Positions 1 to 10,617 of a DNA stretch of 64,000 bases are shown in pieces. Below the pieces are notes generated by a model. It was not told the origin of the DNA. It did not search any database and saw nothing but the letters and a program-made list of their open reading frames with translations. The stretch lies in sequence record PZ445454.1, one strand, 5' to 3'. Each line of letters starts with the position of its first letter. Within the stretch, counting starts at the first letter, position 1. Both the position numbers and the translations under genes were made by a program. The DNA is from a phage.

Positions 1-1602
1 ATGGACTTAAATGCTGTTAAGCAGAAGCGAGTGGAAGATGTTAGGAAAGTCCTAGCTGGAGAGTTGGGGCTTTCTGATGAAGTAAAAGAAATTATCAAAT
101 CATTCGGTAAAGACCCCTCTAAATTCCTTCCAACTCAAATTCTGACTTTATTAAGATACACACCAGACCAAGTTAGACTTATCTTCAAATTGATGACTGA
201 TAAGAACTATGTAGCCCCTCAGCCGGGTTCTCAAGAGGTCTTTTTAAATACTAATGCTGACTTGGTTCTCTATGGTGGTGCTGCGGGTGCTGGTAAGACT
301 GCTGCATTGTTGATGGACTCTTTAAGATTTATTGAAGACCCTAACTATAATGCTGTGTATTTCCGTCGAAACACAACACAGTTACAAGGTGGTTTATGGC
401 CTGCTGCAAAGAAACTATTTGGTAAGTTTGGTGGGGTTCCTCATGAGCAGAAGATGACTATCACATTCCCTTCTGGGGCAACTATCAAGTTTACCTACCT
501 AGAACTTGAAAAGCACGCTGAAGGTCATCAGGGTATTGAATACTCAGCTATTTACTTTGACGAAGGTACGCACTTTTCTGCTTCACAGATTTCATACCTA
601 CAGACTCGTCTACGTTCTGGGGCTGAAGGTGATTCATACATGAAGATTTCTATGAACCCAGACAGAGACCACTTTATTTACGATTGGGTAGAACCATTCT
701 TAGATGAAGAAGGTTACCCAGACCCTGAAAAGTGTGGTCGTATTCGTTGGTATGTAATGAATGATGGTGTTATGGTTTCTGATTGGGAGAGAGACAAGAT
801 TCTTGAAATGTTTCCTCTTGAGATTCCTCAAACATATACATTCATCTCTGGTACGATTGATGATAACCCAATTCTTGACTTCCTAGAACCTAAATATCGT
901 GGTAAGTTGGAAAACAACACCCCTGTAAACGTTGCAAGACTTCGTTTTGGTAACTGGAAGGCTCGTGCAGAAGGTTCAAACTATTGGCAAAGACAATGGT
1001 GTGAAATTGTTGATTCACTCCCAGAAGATGTATTCGATGTCAGAGCATGGGACTTAGCAGCAACTTTACCATCTGAGATTAACCCTAATCCAGACTGGAC
1101 AGCAGGTGTTAAGATGGGTAAATCTAAAAAAGACGGTTGCTATTATATCATTGATGTAGTAAGATTTAGAGATAGACCCTCTGGAGTCGAAACACAAATT
1201 AATTTGACTGCTGAAAGTGACGGTAAGCGAACTGGTATTTTTATCCCTCAAGACCCAGGCGCTGCTGGTAAATCCTACGCAACATCCCTCATCAGGAAAC
1301 TTGCCGAGAAAGGTTATCGAGCAAGGGCTAAACCAACAAATAAAGATAAAGTTACCCGATTTGCGGGGTTTTCTGCTGCTTCTGAAGCTGGACTTGTAAA
1401 AGTCTTGAGAGGTAGTTGGAACGAAGCTTACTTCCAAGAACTTGAAGGCTTTTGTGGTGATGGTAAAACTAAAGATGACCAAGTGGATGCTACCAGTGAT
1501 GCTTTCAACAGTCTTAACGAAGTTAAATTATTCAAGCCACCATCAATGGGTGCTCACACAGACTTAGTGAGAGGAAACCCATATGAGGGGCTTAGACGTT
1601 GA
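1..1602 (+). CDS. terL: terminase large subunit (ORF starts at first base of window; true start may lie upstream)
   Basis: 533-aa ORF; Walker A-like LYGGAAGAGKT about 90 aa in; immediately followed by portal-like gene. Confidence 0.75.
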   Translation: MDLNAVKQKRVEDVRKVLAGELGLSDEVKEIIKSFGKDPSKFLPTQILTLLRYTPDQVRLIFKLMTDKNYVAPQPGSQEVFLNTNADLVLYGGAAGAGKTAALLMDSLRFIEDPNYNAVYFRRNTTQLQGGLWPAAKKLFGKFGGVPHEQKMTITFPSGATIKFTYLELEKHAEGHQGIEYSAIYFDEGTHFSASQISYLQTRLRSGAEGDSYMKISMNPDRDHFIYDWVEPFLDEEGYPDPEKCGRIRWYVMNDGVMVSDWERDKILEMFPLEIPQTYTFISGTIDDNPILDFLEPKYRGKLENNTPVNVARLRFGNWKARAEGSNYWQRQWCEIVDSLPEDVFDVRAWDLAATLPSEINPNPDWTAGVKMGKSKKDGCYYIIDVVRFRDRPSGVETQINLTAESDGKRTGIFIPQDPGAAGKSYATSLIRKLAEKGYRARAKPTNKDKVTRFAGFSAASEAGLVKVLRGSWNEAYFQELEGFCGDGKTKDDQVDATSDAFNSLNEVKLFKPPSMGAHTDLVRGNPYEGLRR

Positions 1603-1609
1603 TAGCTAG

Positions 1610-3085
1610 GTGAGAAGAATGGCAGAAATTACAGAAACACAAGAAAGCTTACCACCATTTAGAATGGGTGAAGTAGGTTCTTTGGGTCTGAAGGTTAAGA
1701 ATGGAAGAATCTATGAAGAACCTCGTCAGGCACTAAGGTTCCCTGAAAGTATTAAAACTTTCCAATTAATGATGCGTGACCCTGCTGTAGCAGCATCTGT
1801 AAATATTATTAAGATGTTTGTCAGAAAAGTCAACTGGAGATTCGTACCTCCAAAGGGAAAAGAGCAAGACCCTAAAATGCTTGAAAGAGCAGACTTCTTT
1901 AATTCTTTAATGGATGACATGGAGCATGATTGGGCAGATTTTATTAACTCTGTAATGTCATTCTGCACTTATGGGTTCTGTGTTAACGAAAAGGTTTATA
2001 AGAAACGTCAGGGTAAAAAAGGAAAGTACCAGTCAAAATTTGATGATGGTCTAATTGGGTGGGCTAAATTACCAATCAGAAACCAGTCAACACTTGATAA
2101 GTGGTATTTTGACGAAGACTTTAGAAAAGTTACTGGTGTTAGACAGAATCTGAGAAATGTTTCACATATTGCTGGAGCAATCAATCTCGGAGAAAGACCA
2201 CTAACAAGAAAACTTCCACGAGCTAAATTCATGCTGTTTAAGTATGATGATGAGTATGGTAACCCAGAAGGTCGTTCACCATTACTTAATGCTTATGTAC
2301 CGTGGAAATATAAAGTACAGATTGAAGAGTATGAAGCTGTTGGTGTTTCAAGAGATTTAGTAGGTATGCCAAAGATTGGTTTACCACCAGACTATCTGGA
2401 TGAAAATGCAGAGCCTGAAAAGAAAGCTTTCGTACAATACTGCAAAACTGTTGTTAATGATATGATTGCTAATGACAGAGCAGGTTTAATCTGGCCTAGA
2501 TATATCGACCCAGATACTAAAGAGGATATCTTTGAGTTCTCATTGGTTTCTAGACAGGGTGCTAAAGCATACGATACAGGTTCTATTATTGACAGATATT
2601 CCAAGCAAATTATGATGGCATTTATGTCAGATGTTCTTGCTATGGGTCAATCAAAATATGGTTCATTCTCTCTTGCAGATTCTAAGACAAGCCTATTAGC
2701 AATGTCAGTAGATATTCTGCTGAAGCAAATTAAGAACGTAATTAACCGTGATTTAGTTGCACAGACTTATGCTCTTAATATGTGGGATGATGAAGAACAT
2801 GTACAAATCACATATGATGATATCGAAACTCCAGACCTTGAAGCAATTGGTTCTTATATTCAGAAGACTGTTGCAGTAGGTGCTTTGGAAGTTGACAAAG
2901 AGCTATCTAACAAACTTAGAGAGCATATTGGTCTTCCTCCTGCTGATGAGTCTCAGCCAGTATCTGAAAAGCTTTCTCCAAATAGCCAAAGCCGTTCAGG
3001 AGATGGTTATAAGACCGCTGGAGAAGGTACTGCAAAGACACCTTCAGCGAAAGACCCAAGCACAGCAAATAAGGCAAATAAATAA
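1610..3085 (+). CDS. portal protein
   Basis: 491-aa ORF directly downstream of terminase; size and acidic C-terminus typical of portal; position-based call. Confidence 0.6.
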   Translation: MRRMAEITETQESLPPFRMGEVGSLGLKVKNGRIYEEPRQALRFPESIKTFQLMMRDPAVAASVNIIKMFVRKVNWRFVPPKGKEQDPKMLERADFFNSLMDDMEHDWADFINSVMSFCTYGFCVNEKVYKKRQGKKGKYQSKFDDGLIGWAKLPIRNQSTLDKWYFDEDFRKVTGVRQNLRNVSHIAGAINLGERPLTRKLPRAKFMLFKYDDEYGNPEGRSPLLNAYVPWKYKVQIEEYEAVGVSRDLVGMPKIGLPPDYLDENAEPEKKAFVQYCKTVVNDMIANDRAGLIWPRYIDPDTKEDIFEFSLVSRQGAKAYDTGSIIDRYSKQIMMAFMSDVLAMGQSKYGSFSLADSKTSLLAMSVDILLKQIKNVINRDLVAQTYALNMWDDEEHVQITYDDIETPDLEAIGSYIQKTVAVGALEVDKELSNKLREHIGLPPADESQPVSEKLSPNSQSRSGDGYKTAGEGTAKTPSAKDPSTANKANK

Positions 3086-3585
3086 TGGCTGAAGTTATCT
3101 CTATTTCAAATGCTACACGAGTGCATTCGTATAGGGGCGTACTTATCATTACTGATAAGCTATCTGTAGAGGCTGGCTCAAGGGCCAGCCTTTCAGGTTA
3201 TATTAGTGATGGTGGAACCTCTGACGTTTTCACTATTTGCAGGTTACTTGATGCACCAATGAGTGGAAAACCGTTTATTTCAGGAAATTGTAGTGAAATT
3301 GTTAAAATTCCATTTGACAGTTCATGCCTTTTGGGTGTAAAGTTATATAACTGCGAGAATAAACGTATCAATGTTAATAGCATTGAAGCCGCTTTCATTA
3401 CCCTCGATACTGCATTTCAATCCCCGATGACAGTTAACAAAGATACAAACAGACTTGAATACATTTTTTCACAAAATGATTACAAAGTACTTGTCAAAGG
3501 TAAAGTATATGATATGATTGTAAATGTGGTAGATGAATCTGGTAACCATTCAACAGTCCTTAAACAAAAAGTAAGGTTTAATTAA
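3085..3585 (+). CDS. hypothetical head-module protein
   Basis: 166-aa ORF start-stop coupled to portal gene; no recognisable motif. Confidence 0.45.
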   Translation: MAEVISISNATRVHSYRGVLIITDKLSVEAGSRASLSGYISDGGTSDVFTICRLLDAPMSGKPFISGNCSEIVKIPFDSSCLLGVKLYNCENKRINVNSIEAAFITLDTAFQSPMTVNKDTNRLEYIFSQNDYKVLVKGKVYDMIVNVVDESGNHSTVLKQKVRFN

Positions 3586-3917
3586 TGGGAACATTAACTA
3601 TTGATGGTAAGAATAAAATCCTCGCCACGCTAACCCCAACGACTATTATTTTACACAATGTAGACCCAACGGCAGACCCTACAGCAAATAAGGTTACTCA
3701 GCCAGTGGCTATTTATTTTTCTGAACCGGATAATGGCTTAATTGCCTCAGAAGACACAGTTAATATTACTGTTCCAGCTTCTGCAACGGTCTCACACTAT
3801 AGCTTGTGGGATGCTAACGATAAATGCGTGGCAACTGGTGCTCTTAGCAAACCTCAATTCTTTGCTGAAGAAGGTATCTATGTTATCTCTTCAGTCTCTG
3901 TAGATTTAAACAAATAG
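3585..3917 (+). CDS. hypothetical head-module protein
   Basis: 110-aa ORF, ATG overlaps previous stop. Confidence 0.45.
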   Translation: MGTLTIDGKNKILATLTPTTIILHNVDPTADPTANKVTQPVAIYFSEPDNGLIASEDTVNITVPASATVSHYSLWDANDKCVATGALSKPQFFAEEGIYVISSVSVDLNK

Positions 3918-3928
3918 GGTGAGTAAAA

Positions 3929-5275
3929 ATGAGTTCGAATATCTTCAGACTTGCTGATAGATTATTCAACCAACCTTTACTAGCCACTGAATCATTAGCT
4001 CACTCAGCAGCAACTTATGTGAATAACAGATTGCTGGGTGATGTCCAAGCAGCAGTAAACTTTGATAAACCCAAAGGTGAAGCAAGAAGTCTTTTAAAAG
4101 TAAAAGATGATATTGCTATTATCCCTATTATGGGTGGTTTAACTCACCGTATGACATTCATTGATGCAATGTGTACAGGTGGTTTAAGCTCTTATGAAGG
4201 TTTACGCAGAGGCTTTGACGAAGCTTTAGCAGATGAGTCAATTAAGACTATTGTTCTGCACATCGATTCTGGTGGTGGTGAAGCTTCAGGTTGCTTTGAA
4301 TTAGCACGTCACATTATGGCTTCAAGAGGCCAAAAGAAAATTATTGCTTATGTAGATGAGTTCGCTTGTTCCGCTGCATATGCTCTTGCATCTTCTGCTG
4401 AAGAAATTATTGCATCACCAGATGCAGATGTTGGTTCTATTGGTGTAATCATGGTTCATCAGGAATTAACTAAGGCATTTGAAAAGAATGGCGTAACAAT
4501 TAACGTCATCAAAGCTGGTGAGTTTAAAGGTATGGGTTCACCATTCCAAGCACTTTCAGAAGAAAGCAAAGAAAGACTTCAAAAGAGAATTAATGATACC
4601 TACGCAACCTTTACAGGTTTTGTAGCCGAATCTCGTAATATCTCTGAAGAAGCTGTAAAGAATACTGAGGCGAATGTTTATTCTGCTCAGGAAGCTCTTG
4701 AACTTGGTTTAATTAACTCAATCATGTCTCAAGATGATTTCTTAAATTACTTACAAGGTTCTGAAGAGGCTCCTGTAAGTTTAAACGTTAACAATTCAGG
4801 TGAAGAAATGACTGAACAAGAAAAGCAAGAACTAGAAGCTTTGCGTCTTCAGGTTGCTCAAATGAAAGCTAAAGAACAGGAAGCTGCTTTGTCAGATTTG
4901 ACTAATAAGATTTCTGCTTCTGCTGAAGCTTTTGGATTTGATGCAAAAGAAGCTGCAACGACTATTTTAGGTGCTGGTCTTGATAACCCTCTAAGTGTTC
5001 TGTTTATGAATGCTATGGAAGGTGCTAACCAGAAACTTAATGAAACTATCGCGTCCCATGCTTCTGCAATGGAAGAAAAAGAATCAGAAATCACCAAGCT
5101 GAAAGAAACTGCTGGTGCTGTTCTTGAACATTCCAACGCTATGGAAGAAGTGGGTAATGACGGCGAAGCTGATTTGGTTGAAGAAGAAAAAGAACCAGCT
5201 AAAAATGCTTCCGAAGACACCGCTGAACAACGCAAACTGGCTCTCCAGAATGCTCTAAAATCTCTTATCAAATAA
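3929..5275 (+). CDS. prohead protease (S49/ClpP-like) fused to acidic coiled-coil scaffold-like C-terminal half
   Basis: N-terminal half has S49-like signature (IVLHIDSGGGEASG, ACSAAYALASSAEEIIASPDADVGSIGV); C-terminal 200 aa Glu/Ala/Lys-rich; lies between portal and capsid. Confidence 0.6.
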   Translation: MSSNIFRLADRLFNQPLLATESLAHSAATYVNNRLLGDVQAAVNFDKPKGEARSLLKVKDDIAIIPIMGGLTHRMTFIDAMCTGGLSSYEGLRRGFDEALADESIKTIVLHIDSGGGEASGCFELARHIMASRGQKKIIAYVDEFACSAAYALASSAEEIIASPDADVGSIGVIMVHQELTKAFEKNGVTINVIKAGEFKGMGSPFQALSEESKERLQKRINDTYATFTGFVAESRNISEEAVKNTEANVYSAQEALELGLINSIMSQDDFLNYLQGSEEAPVSLNVNNSGEEMTEQEKQELEALRLQVAQMKAKEQEAALSDLTNKISASAEAFGFDAKEAATTILGAGLDNPLSVLFMNAMEGANQKLNETIASHASAMEEKESEITKLKETAGAVLEHSNAMEEVGNDGEADLVEEEKEPAKNASEDTAEQRKLALQNALKSLIK

Positions 5276-5286
5276 GGAACACAATA

Positions 5287-5664
5287 ATGGCATATCAAGG
5301 TTTTACTAAGTTAGGTAACAGAGAACCTCTGAATGATATCATTCTTTGGGAACAGATTACCCCAACAGGCCACTCTCGTAAAGAGTACACTCCACAGGCA
5401 TCTACAGAATACCGTGTAGGTGAAGTTCTGAAAGCAGATGGTACTAAGGTACAAGCTGGAGAAGAAGCCCAAGCAGACTCTGTATGTATCGTTAATTTCT
5501 ACGCAGACCTGCAACTGTCTTATCATGGTCAGTTGAAAGTAGTAGGTATCCACCGTGATGCAGAACTGAAAGACCTGCTTACTCTTGAAGCGAGCGTTGA
5601 TGCTGCTGCCGTCAAGACAGCTCTGGCTGCTAAAGGTATTGATTTCGTACCAACTGGCCTGTAA
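5287..5664 (+). CDS. hypothetical head protein (decoration or scaffold candidate)
   Basis: 125-aa ORF immediately upstream of major capsid gene. Confidence 0.4.
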   Translation: MAYQGFTKLGNREPLNDIILWEQITPTGHSRKEYTPQASTEYRVGEVLKADGTKVQAGEEAQADSVCIVNFYADLQLSYHGQLKVVGIHRDAELKDLLTLEASVDAAAVKTALAAKGIDFVPTGL

Positions 5665-5697
5665 TAACAATAATAAGACATTCTGGAGAATTTTACA

Positions 5698-6804
5698 ATG
5701 TTGACTAATTCTGAAAAAAGCAGATTTTTCCTTGCTGACCTGACTGGTGAAGTCCAGTCTATCCCAAATACTTATGGGTATATTTCCAACTTAGGTCTGT
5801 TCCGTTCAGCACCAATCACCCAAACTACTTTCCTTATGGACTTGACTGATTGGGATGTTAGCTTGCTTGATGCGGTAGACCGTGATAGCCGTAAAGCAGA
5901 GACTAGCGCACCTGAGCGTGTTCGTCAAATCAGCTTCCCAATGATGTACTTCAAAGAAGTTGAAAGCATTACTCCTGATGAAATTCAGGGTGTACGTCAG
6001 CCAGGCACTGCAAACGAACTGACTACTGAAGCTGTAGTACGTGCTAAGAAGCTGATGAAGATTCGTACCAAGTTCGATATTACTCGTGAGTTCCTGTTTA
6101 TGCAAGCTCTGAAGGGTAAAGTTGTTGATGCTCGTGGTACTCTGTATGCTGACCTGTACAAGCAGTTCGACGTTGAGAAGAAGACTGTTTACTTCGACCT
6201 TGACAATCCTAATGCTGACATCGACGCTTCTATTGAAGAACTGCGTATGCACATGGAAGACGAAGCTAAGACTGGCACTGTAATCAACGGTGAAGAAATT
6301 CACGTAGTTGTTGACCGTGTATTCTTCAGCAAACTGGTTAAGCATCCTAAGATTCGTGACGCTTATCTTGCACAGCAGACTCCACTGGCTTGGCAACAGA
6401 TTACTGGTTCTCTGAGAACTGGTGGTACTGACGGAGTTCAGGCTCACATGAACACCTTCTACTACGGTGGTGTTAAGTTTGTCCAGTACAACGGTAAGTT
6501 CAAAGACAAGCGTGGTAAGGTTCACACTCTGGTGAGCATTGATAGCGTAGCAGCAACTGTTGGTGTTGGTCATGCCTTCCCTAACGTATCTATGCTGGGT
6601 GAAGCTAACAACATCTTCGAAGTTGCATATGGTCCATGTCCTAAGATGGGTTATGCAAATACACTTGGTCAGGAACTGTACGTATTCGAATACGAAAAAG
6701 ACCGTGACGAAGGTATTGACTTCGAAGCTCACTCTTACATGCTGCCATACTGTACTCGTCCTCAGTTGCTGGTAGATGTTCGCGCTGACGCTAAAGCTGA
6801 CTAA
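5698..6804 (+). CDS. major capsid protein
   Basis: 368-aa ORF after protease/scaffold; good RBS (GGAGAA); biased codon usage (CGT/CTG/GGT rich) suggesting high expression. Confidence 0.6.
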   Translation: MLTNSEKSRFFLADLTGEVQSIPNTYGYISNLGLFRSAPITQTTFLMDLTDWDVSLLDAVDRDSRKAETSAPERVRQISFPMMYFKEVESITPDEIQGVRQPGTANELTTEAVVRAKKLMKIRTKFDITREFLFMQALKGKVVDARGTLYADLYKQFDVEKKTVYFDLDNPNADIDASIEELRMHMEDEAKTGTVINGEEIHVVVDRVFFSKLVKHPKIRDAYLAQQTPLAWQQITGSLRTGGTDGVQAHMNTFYYGGVKFVQYNGKFKDKRGKVHTLVSIDSVAATVGVGHAFPNVSMLGEANNIFEVAYGPCPKMGYANTLGQELYVFEYEKDRDEGIDFEAHSYMLPYCTRPQLLVDVRADAKAD

Positions 6805-6825
6805 TATTCTTAAGGAGGGTTATGA

Positions 6826-7275
6826 ATGTGTTATACAGGCGACCCAGCCAATAACCCTCTTGATAGAGTAAGAATCCTCTGCACAGACACCAATAATGAT
6901 GAAATTCTTATTGAGCAGTCTGTGCTAGAGTGGTTCTATCTAGAATCTGGAAAGGATGAAAAGAAAGCAGCCATCAAAGCTCTTAAATATTTACTCTTTC
7001 AAGTAGCCAAGATGGGAGATGAGAAGGTTGGTGGTGTTTATTTGCGTAACTCTTCCAGATTCAAATCTCTGAAAGCTGTTTATGACGACCTTGTTAAAAG
7101 CTCTGTTTCAGGACTACCCTATGCAGGTGGTATTAATCAGTGCGACATTGATATGCGTCGTCAGAATCCTTGCTCTGTCAAGAAATACACAGAATATGGT
7201 GATGCTGCCAGATACGAAGGCAGAGATTACTGCAACCGTGTTAATGGCGTATTTATTATCGAGCGAGATGAATAA
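6826..7275 (+). CDS. hypothetical head-tail joining protein
   Basis: 149-aa ORF with RBS AAGGAGGG; position after capsid gene. Confidence 0.4.
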   Translation: MCYTGDPANNPLDRVRILCTDTNNDEILIEQSVLEWFYLESGKDEKKAAIKALKYLLFQVAKMGDEKVGGVYLRNSSRFKSLKAVYDDLVKSSVSGLPYAGGINQCDIDMRRQNPCSVKKYTEYGDAARYEGRDYCNRVNGVFIIERDE

Positions 7276-7757
7276 TGGTTAAAAGGGTTATTCACCCCGC
7301 TAGAGCAAAATTAGTCGGGGCTATGAAGAACTTGCAAACGGCTAATGCTCAAGTTGGGTATTTTCAAGAACAAGGTCAACATAGCTCTGGTTTTTCTTAT
7401 CCTGCTTTAATGTATTTACAAGAAGTTATTGGGGTTCCTTCAGCTTCTGGTAAAGTATATCGTAGGTTGTTTGAAATCACTATGATGCTAAACAAACAGG
7501 CCTTGTTAGAGCAGACTAAGAAGAATCTATATAAGCAACTTAGCAGTCTCAACACAGACCCTTCAAATACCTTAGAAGCGTTTGCAAAGAATGCTCAAAA
7601 GGTAATTAAAAGAGGTTTTGGTAATTCTGCTATCCTCCCTCCTAACGCACCTTCCACAGTCAAGAAAAAAGGCTTTAACGCACCTCTTGTTGAGACAGGT
7701 GACTTAAGAGATAACCTTGCTTATAAAATTTCTACTAAGAAGGGTATTAAGAAATGA
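7275..7757 (+). CDS. hypothetical head-tail joining protein
   Basis: 160-aa ORF, translationally coupled. Confidence 0.4.
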   Translation: MVKRVIHPARAKLVGAMKNLQTANAQVGYFQEQGQHSSGFSYPALMYLQEVIGVPSASGKVYRRLFEITMMLNKQALLEQTKKNLYKQLSSLNTDPSNTLEAFAKNAQKVIKRGFGNSAILPPNAPSTVKKKGFNAPLVETGDLRDNLAYKISTKKGIKK

Positions 7758-8155
7758 GACTCTTAAACAGACACAGCTTTGTAGTAAAGCGTAAAGTCTC
7801 TGAAGATGGTTATTATAATGATGATGGTGATTGGGTAGCTTCACAAGATATTGTAGAGGTTAACTGTAAAGGTAATATCCAGCCATATATCAAAGGTTCT
7901 GTAAAGAATGGTACACAGATTGCTTTACCGGAAGGTATCAGGCTTACCGATACAAGAATCCTGTATACCACATATAAACTTAGAACTTCAGATGATGTAG
8001 AGTGGAATGAGTCTGATATTGTTATGATTGATGGTCATGAGTATGAAGTATTTATGACTATGGATTGGTCACAACAATTAGCCCATACATCCCATTATGA
8101 ATATATCATTATTAGAAGGGATAAAATGAATGCAGTTAGAAACAGCAGAACTTGA
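7754..8155 (+). CDS. hypothetical head-tail joining protein
   Basis: 133-aa ORF overlapping neighbours by 4 and 26 nt. Confidence 0.4.
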   Translation: MRLLNRHSFVVKRKVSEDGYYNDDGDWVASQDIVEVNCKGNIQPYIKGSVKNGTQIALPEGIRLTDTRILYTTYKLRTSDDVEWNESDIVMIDGHEYEVFMTMDWSQQLAHTSHYEYIIIRRDKMNAVRNSRT

Positions 8156-8729
8156 AAAAGGTCTAGTTAGAACCTTAGTGGATGTTATTGGTCACAGACT
8201 AGCTCGTGATAAAAATAATAGACCAAACGTAATCAGAGCTTACCCTTCTGATAACTCAAATGACAAAGGTTTAAAACCTGACCAGCCATTTATCACCGTA
8301 TATTGTCAAGATGCTGCAACACCTTATGGTTGGGTTCTTGATAAGTTTGTTGAGGATGATGTAGTTTGCTACAGAATTGCTTTTCAGATTCCTGTATTGA
8401 TTACGGTAAATGGTAAAGGTGCTCACAGTATTATGCTTGAGCTTAAACAACGATTAGAGATGAGTTCAGTCAGAGATTTAATCCTTGAAGAAACAGGAGC
8501 TACAGTACTAGACACTGGAGCAATCCCAAATGATTATACTTATCTCAATACAGATTTCGAAAATTCTGCACCTCTTGTTGTAACTCTTGTAAAAAACTCA
8601 GTCCTGAAGGATGAACGTGGAAGTATTATTGAGCGTGTCATTGTTGATGGTGAGTTGGTTTATGAAGAAGGACAAGAGCCACCAGAATATACTATCCATC
8701 TAGATGTAGACTCCAAAGGGGTAAAATAA
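8130..8729 (+). CDS. hypothetical tail completion protein
   Basis: 199-aa ORF preceding putative sheath. Confidence 0.4.
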   Translation: MQLETAELEKGLVRTLVDVIGHRLARDKNNRPNVIRAYPSDNSNDKGLKPDQPFITVYCQDAATPYGWVLDKFVEDDVVCYRIAFQIPVLITVNGKGAHSIMLELKQRLEMSSVRDLILEETGATVLDTGAIPNDYTYLNTDFENSAPLVVTLVKNSVLKDERGSIIERVIVDGELVYEEGQEPPEYTIHLDVDSKGVK

Positions 8730-10082
8730 ATGTGGAATCCAATTGTTAATGTAGATATTACATTGAACACCGCAGGAACTACAAGAGAAGGTTTTGGTTT
8801 GCCACTATTCTTAGCTTCAACAGATAACTTTGAAGAAAGAGTGCGTGGTTACACTTCCTTAACTGAAGTTGCTGAAGATTTCGATGAGAATACTGCTGCA
8901 TATAAGGCTGCTAAACAACTTTGGAGTCAGACTCCTAAAGTAACTCAGCTTTATATCGGTAGACGCGCTATGCAGTACACTGTATCAATTCCTAATGCTG
9001 TTACTGAAAGTACAGATTACTCAATTACTGTAGCTGCTGGCGGTGGAATTTCTCAACCATATCAGTATACAGCGCAAGCTGAAGACACTGCTGAAAACGT
9101 GTTGCAACAGTTTAAAACACAGATTGAAGCTGACCCAACAATCAAAGATAAGGTTTCTGTGAATGTAACTGGTAGCAATGGCTCTGCCACAATGATTATT
9201 ACCAAAGCTGGTGATAATGACTTTGTGAAAGTAACAACCACAGCACAGACTGTATATATTGCAAGTACAACTGCTGATACAGCATCAACTGCTCTGGCAG
9301 CTATCGAAGCTTACTCTACCGACTGGTATTTCATTGCAGCAGAAGACAGAACTCAACAGTTTGTCTTAGCAATGGCTTCTGAGATTCAGGCTCGTAAGAA
9401 AATCTTCTTTACAGCTAACTCCGATGTAACAGCCCTACAAGGTACAGAGTTAGCCAGTGCAAATGATGTTCCAGCACAGCTTGCTAAGAATATGTACACT
9501 CGTACAGTTTGCTTGTGGCATCACGCAGCAGCAGAAGATTATCCAGAGATGGCATACATTGCTTATGGTGCTCCATATGATGCAGGTTCAATTGCTTGGG
9601 GTAATGCTCAGCTAACTGGTGTAGCAGCTTCTCTACAACCATCTAATCAGAGACCTCTGACAAGTATTCAGAAGTCTGCTTTAGATGTACGTCACTGTAA
9701 CTTTATTGACCTTGATGGTGGTGTTCCAGTGGTTCGTAGAGGGATTACTTCTGGTGGGGAATGGATTGATATCGTCCGTGGTGTTGACTGGTTAGAATCA
9801 GACCTGAAAACTTCTCTGAGAGACTTGCTAATTAACCAGAAGGGTGGTAAGATTACTTATGATGATACTGGTATTACCCGTATTCGTCAAGTCATTGAAA
9901 CCTCTCTGCAAAGAGCAGTCAACAGAAACTTCCTGTCATCTTACACAGTTAATGTTCCTAAAGCCTCTCAAGTTGCTTTAGCAGACAAGAAAGCGCGTAT
10001 CCTGAAAGACGTTACCTTCGCAGGTATCTTAGCAGGGGCTATCTTGGATGTTGACTTGAAAGGTACAGTGGCTTACGAATAA
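8730..10082 (+). CDS. putative tail sheath protein
   Basis: 450-aa ORF in the canonical sheath-tube-chaperone-tape measure order; no motif confirmed. Confidence 0.45.
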   Translation: MWNPIVNVDITLNTAGTTREGFGLPLFLASTDNFEERVRGYTSLTEVAEDFDENTAAYKAAKQLWSQTPKVTQLYIGRRAMQYTVSIPNAVTESTDYSITVAAGGGISQPYQYTAQAEDTAENVLQQFKTQIEADPTIKDKVSVNVTGSNGSATMIITKAGDNDFVKVTTTAQTVYIASTTADTASTALAAIEAYSTDWYFIAAEDRTQQFVLAMASEIQARKKIFFTANSDVTALQGTELASANDVPAQLAKNMYTRTVCLWHHAAAEDYPEMAYIAYGAPYDAGSIAWGNAQLTGVAASLQPSNQRPLTSIQKSALDVRHCNFIDLDGGVPVVRRGITSGGEWIDIVRGVDWLESDLKTSLRDLLINQKGGKITYDDTGITRIRQVIETSLQRAVNRNFLSSYTVNVPKASQVALADKKARILKDVTFAGILAGAILDVDLKGTVAYE

Positions 10083-10097
10083 TAGAGGTAAATTGGA

Positions 10098-10544
10098 ATG
10101 GCTATGTATCAGCAATATTCCCCTAAAGACGTTGTATGTAGCTGGAACGGCATTGCTATTGAAGGCTTTGCTCCAGACTCATTCTTGCGTCTACAGAGAA
10201 CATCACCACTTGTGACACCAGTTGTTGGTGCAGGTGGTCAGGTTGCTCTGACACGAAATGCAGACAAGACAGGTACTATTGAGATTGAGCTAATGCAGAC
10301 TTCTCTCTCTAACCAGATGCTTTCTGCAATTCAAGCTAAACAAGACAATATGGAACTTGAAGAAGATATCTCTTCTAACTTCGTAATCTACGACCCATCA
10401 GGCTCTGTTCTGGCAACTGGTATTAACGCTTGGTTGCAGGAGTTACCACAGATTGAACTTGGTCGTGACCAGAACTCTAAAACTTGGATTTTTGGTTGTG
10501 AGAAGTTAGACTACACTTCTACAATTCCAGCGTCAAGTGTTTAA
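10098..10544 (+). CDS. putative tail tube protein
   Basis: 148-aa ORF after putative sheath, followed by strong terminator. Confidence 0.45.
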   Translation: MAMYQQYSPKDVVCSWNGIAIEGFAPDSFLRLQRTSPLVTPVVGAGGQVALTRNADKTGTIEIELMQTSLSNQMLSAIQAKQDNMELEEDISSNFVIYDPSGSVLATGINAWLQELPQIELGRDQNSKTWIFGCEKLDYTSTIPASSV

Positions 10545-10554
10545 TAAATCCTAT

Positions 10555-10590
10555 AAGGGGGAGACTTTAAAAGGTCTTCCCCTTTTTTGT
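10555..10590 (+). terminator. rho-independent terminator
   Basis: hairpin gggggagac/gtcttcccc followed by TTTTTTGTTTC. Confidence 0.6.
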
Positions 10591-10617
10591 TTCTTTTAAA
10601 AGTATTAAGGAATCACA

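Noticed and set aside
5806-6732. 308-aa minus-strand ORF from the track
   Set aside because: Entirely antisense to the major capsid gene, which has an RBS and operon context; low-complexity translation typical of a shadow ORF. The same reasoning applies to other embedded antisense ORFs (for example 1066..1482, 18192..18716, 32083..32505, 32542..32931, 38567..38938).
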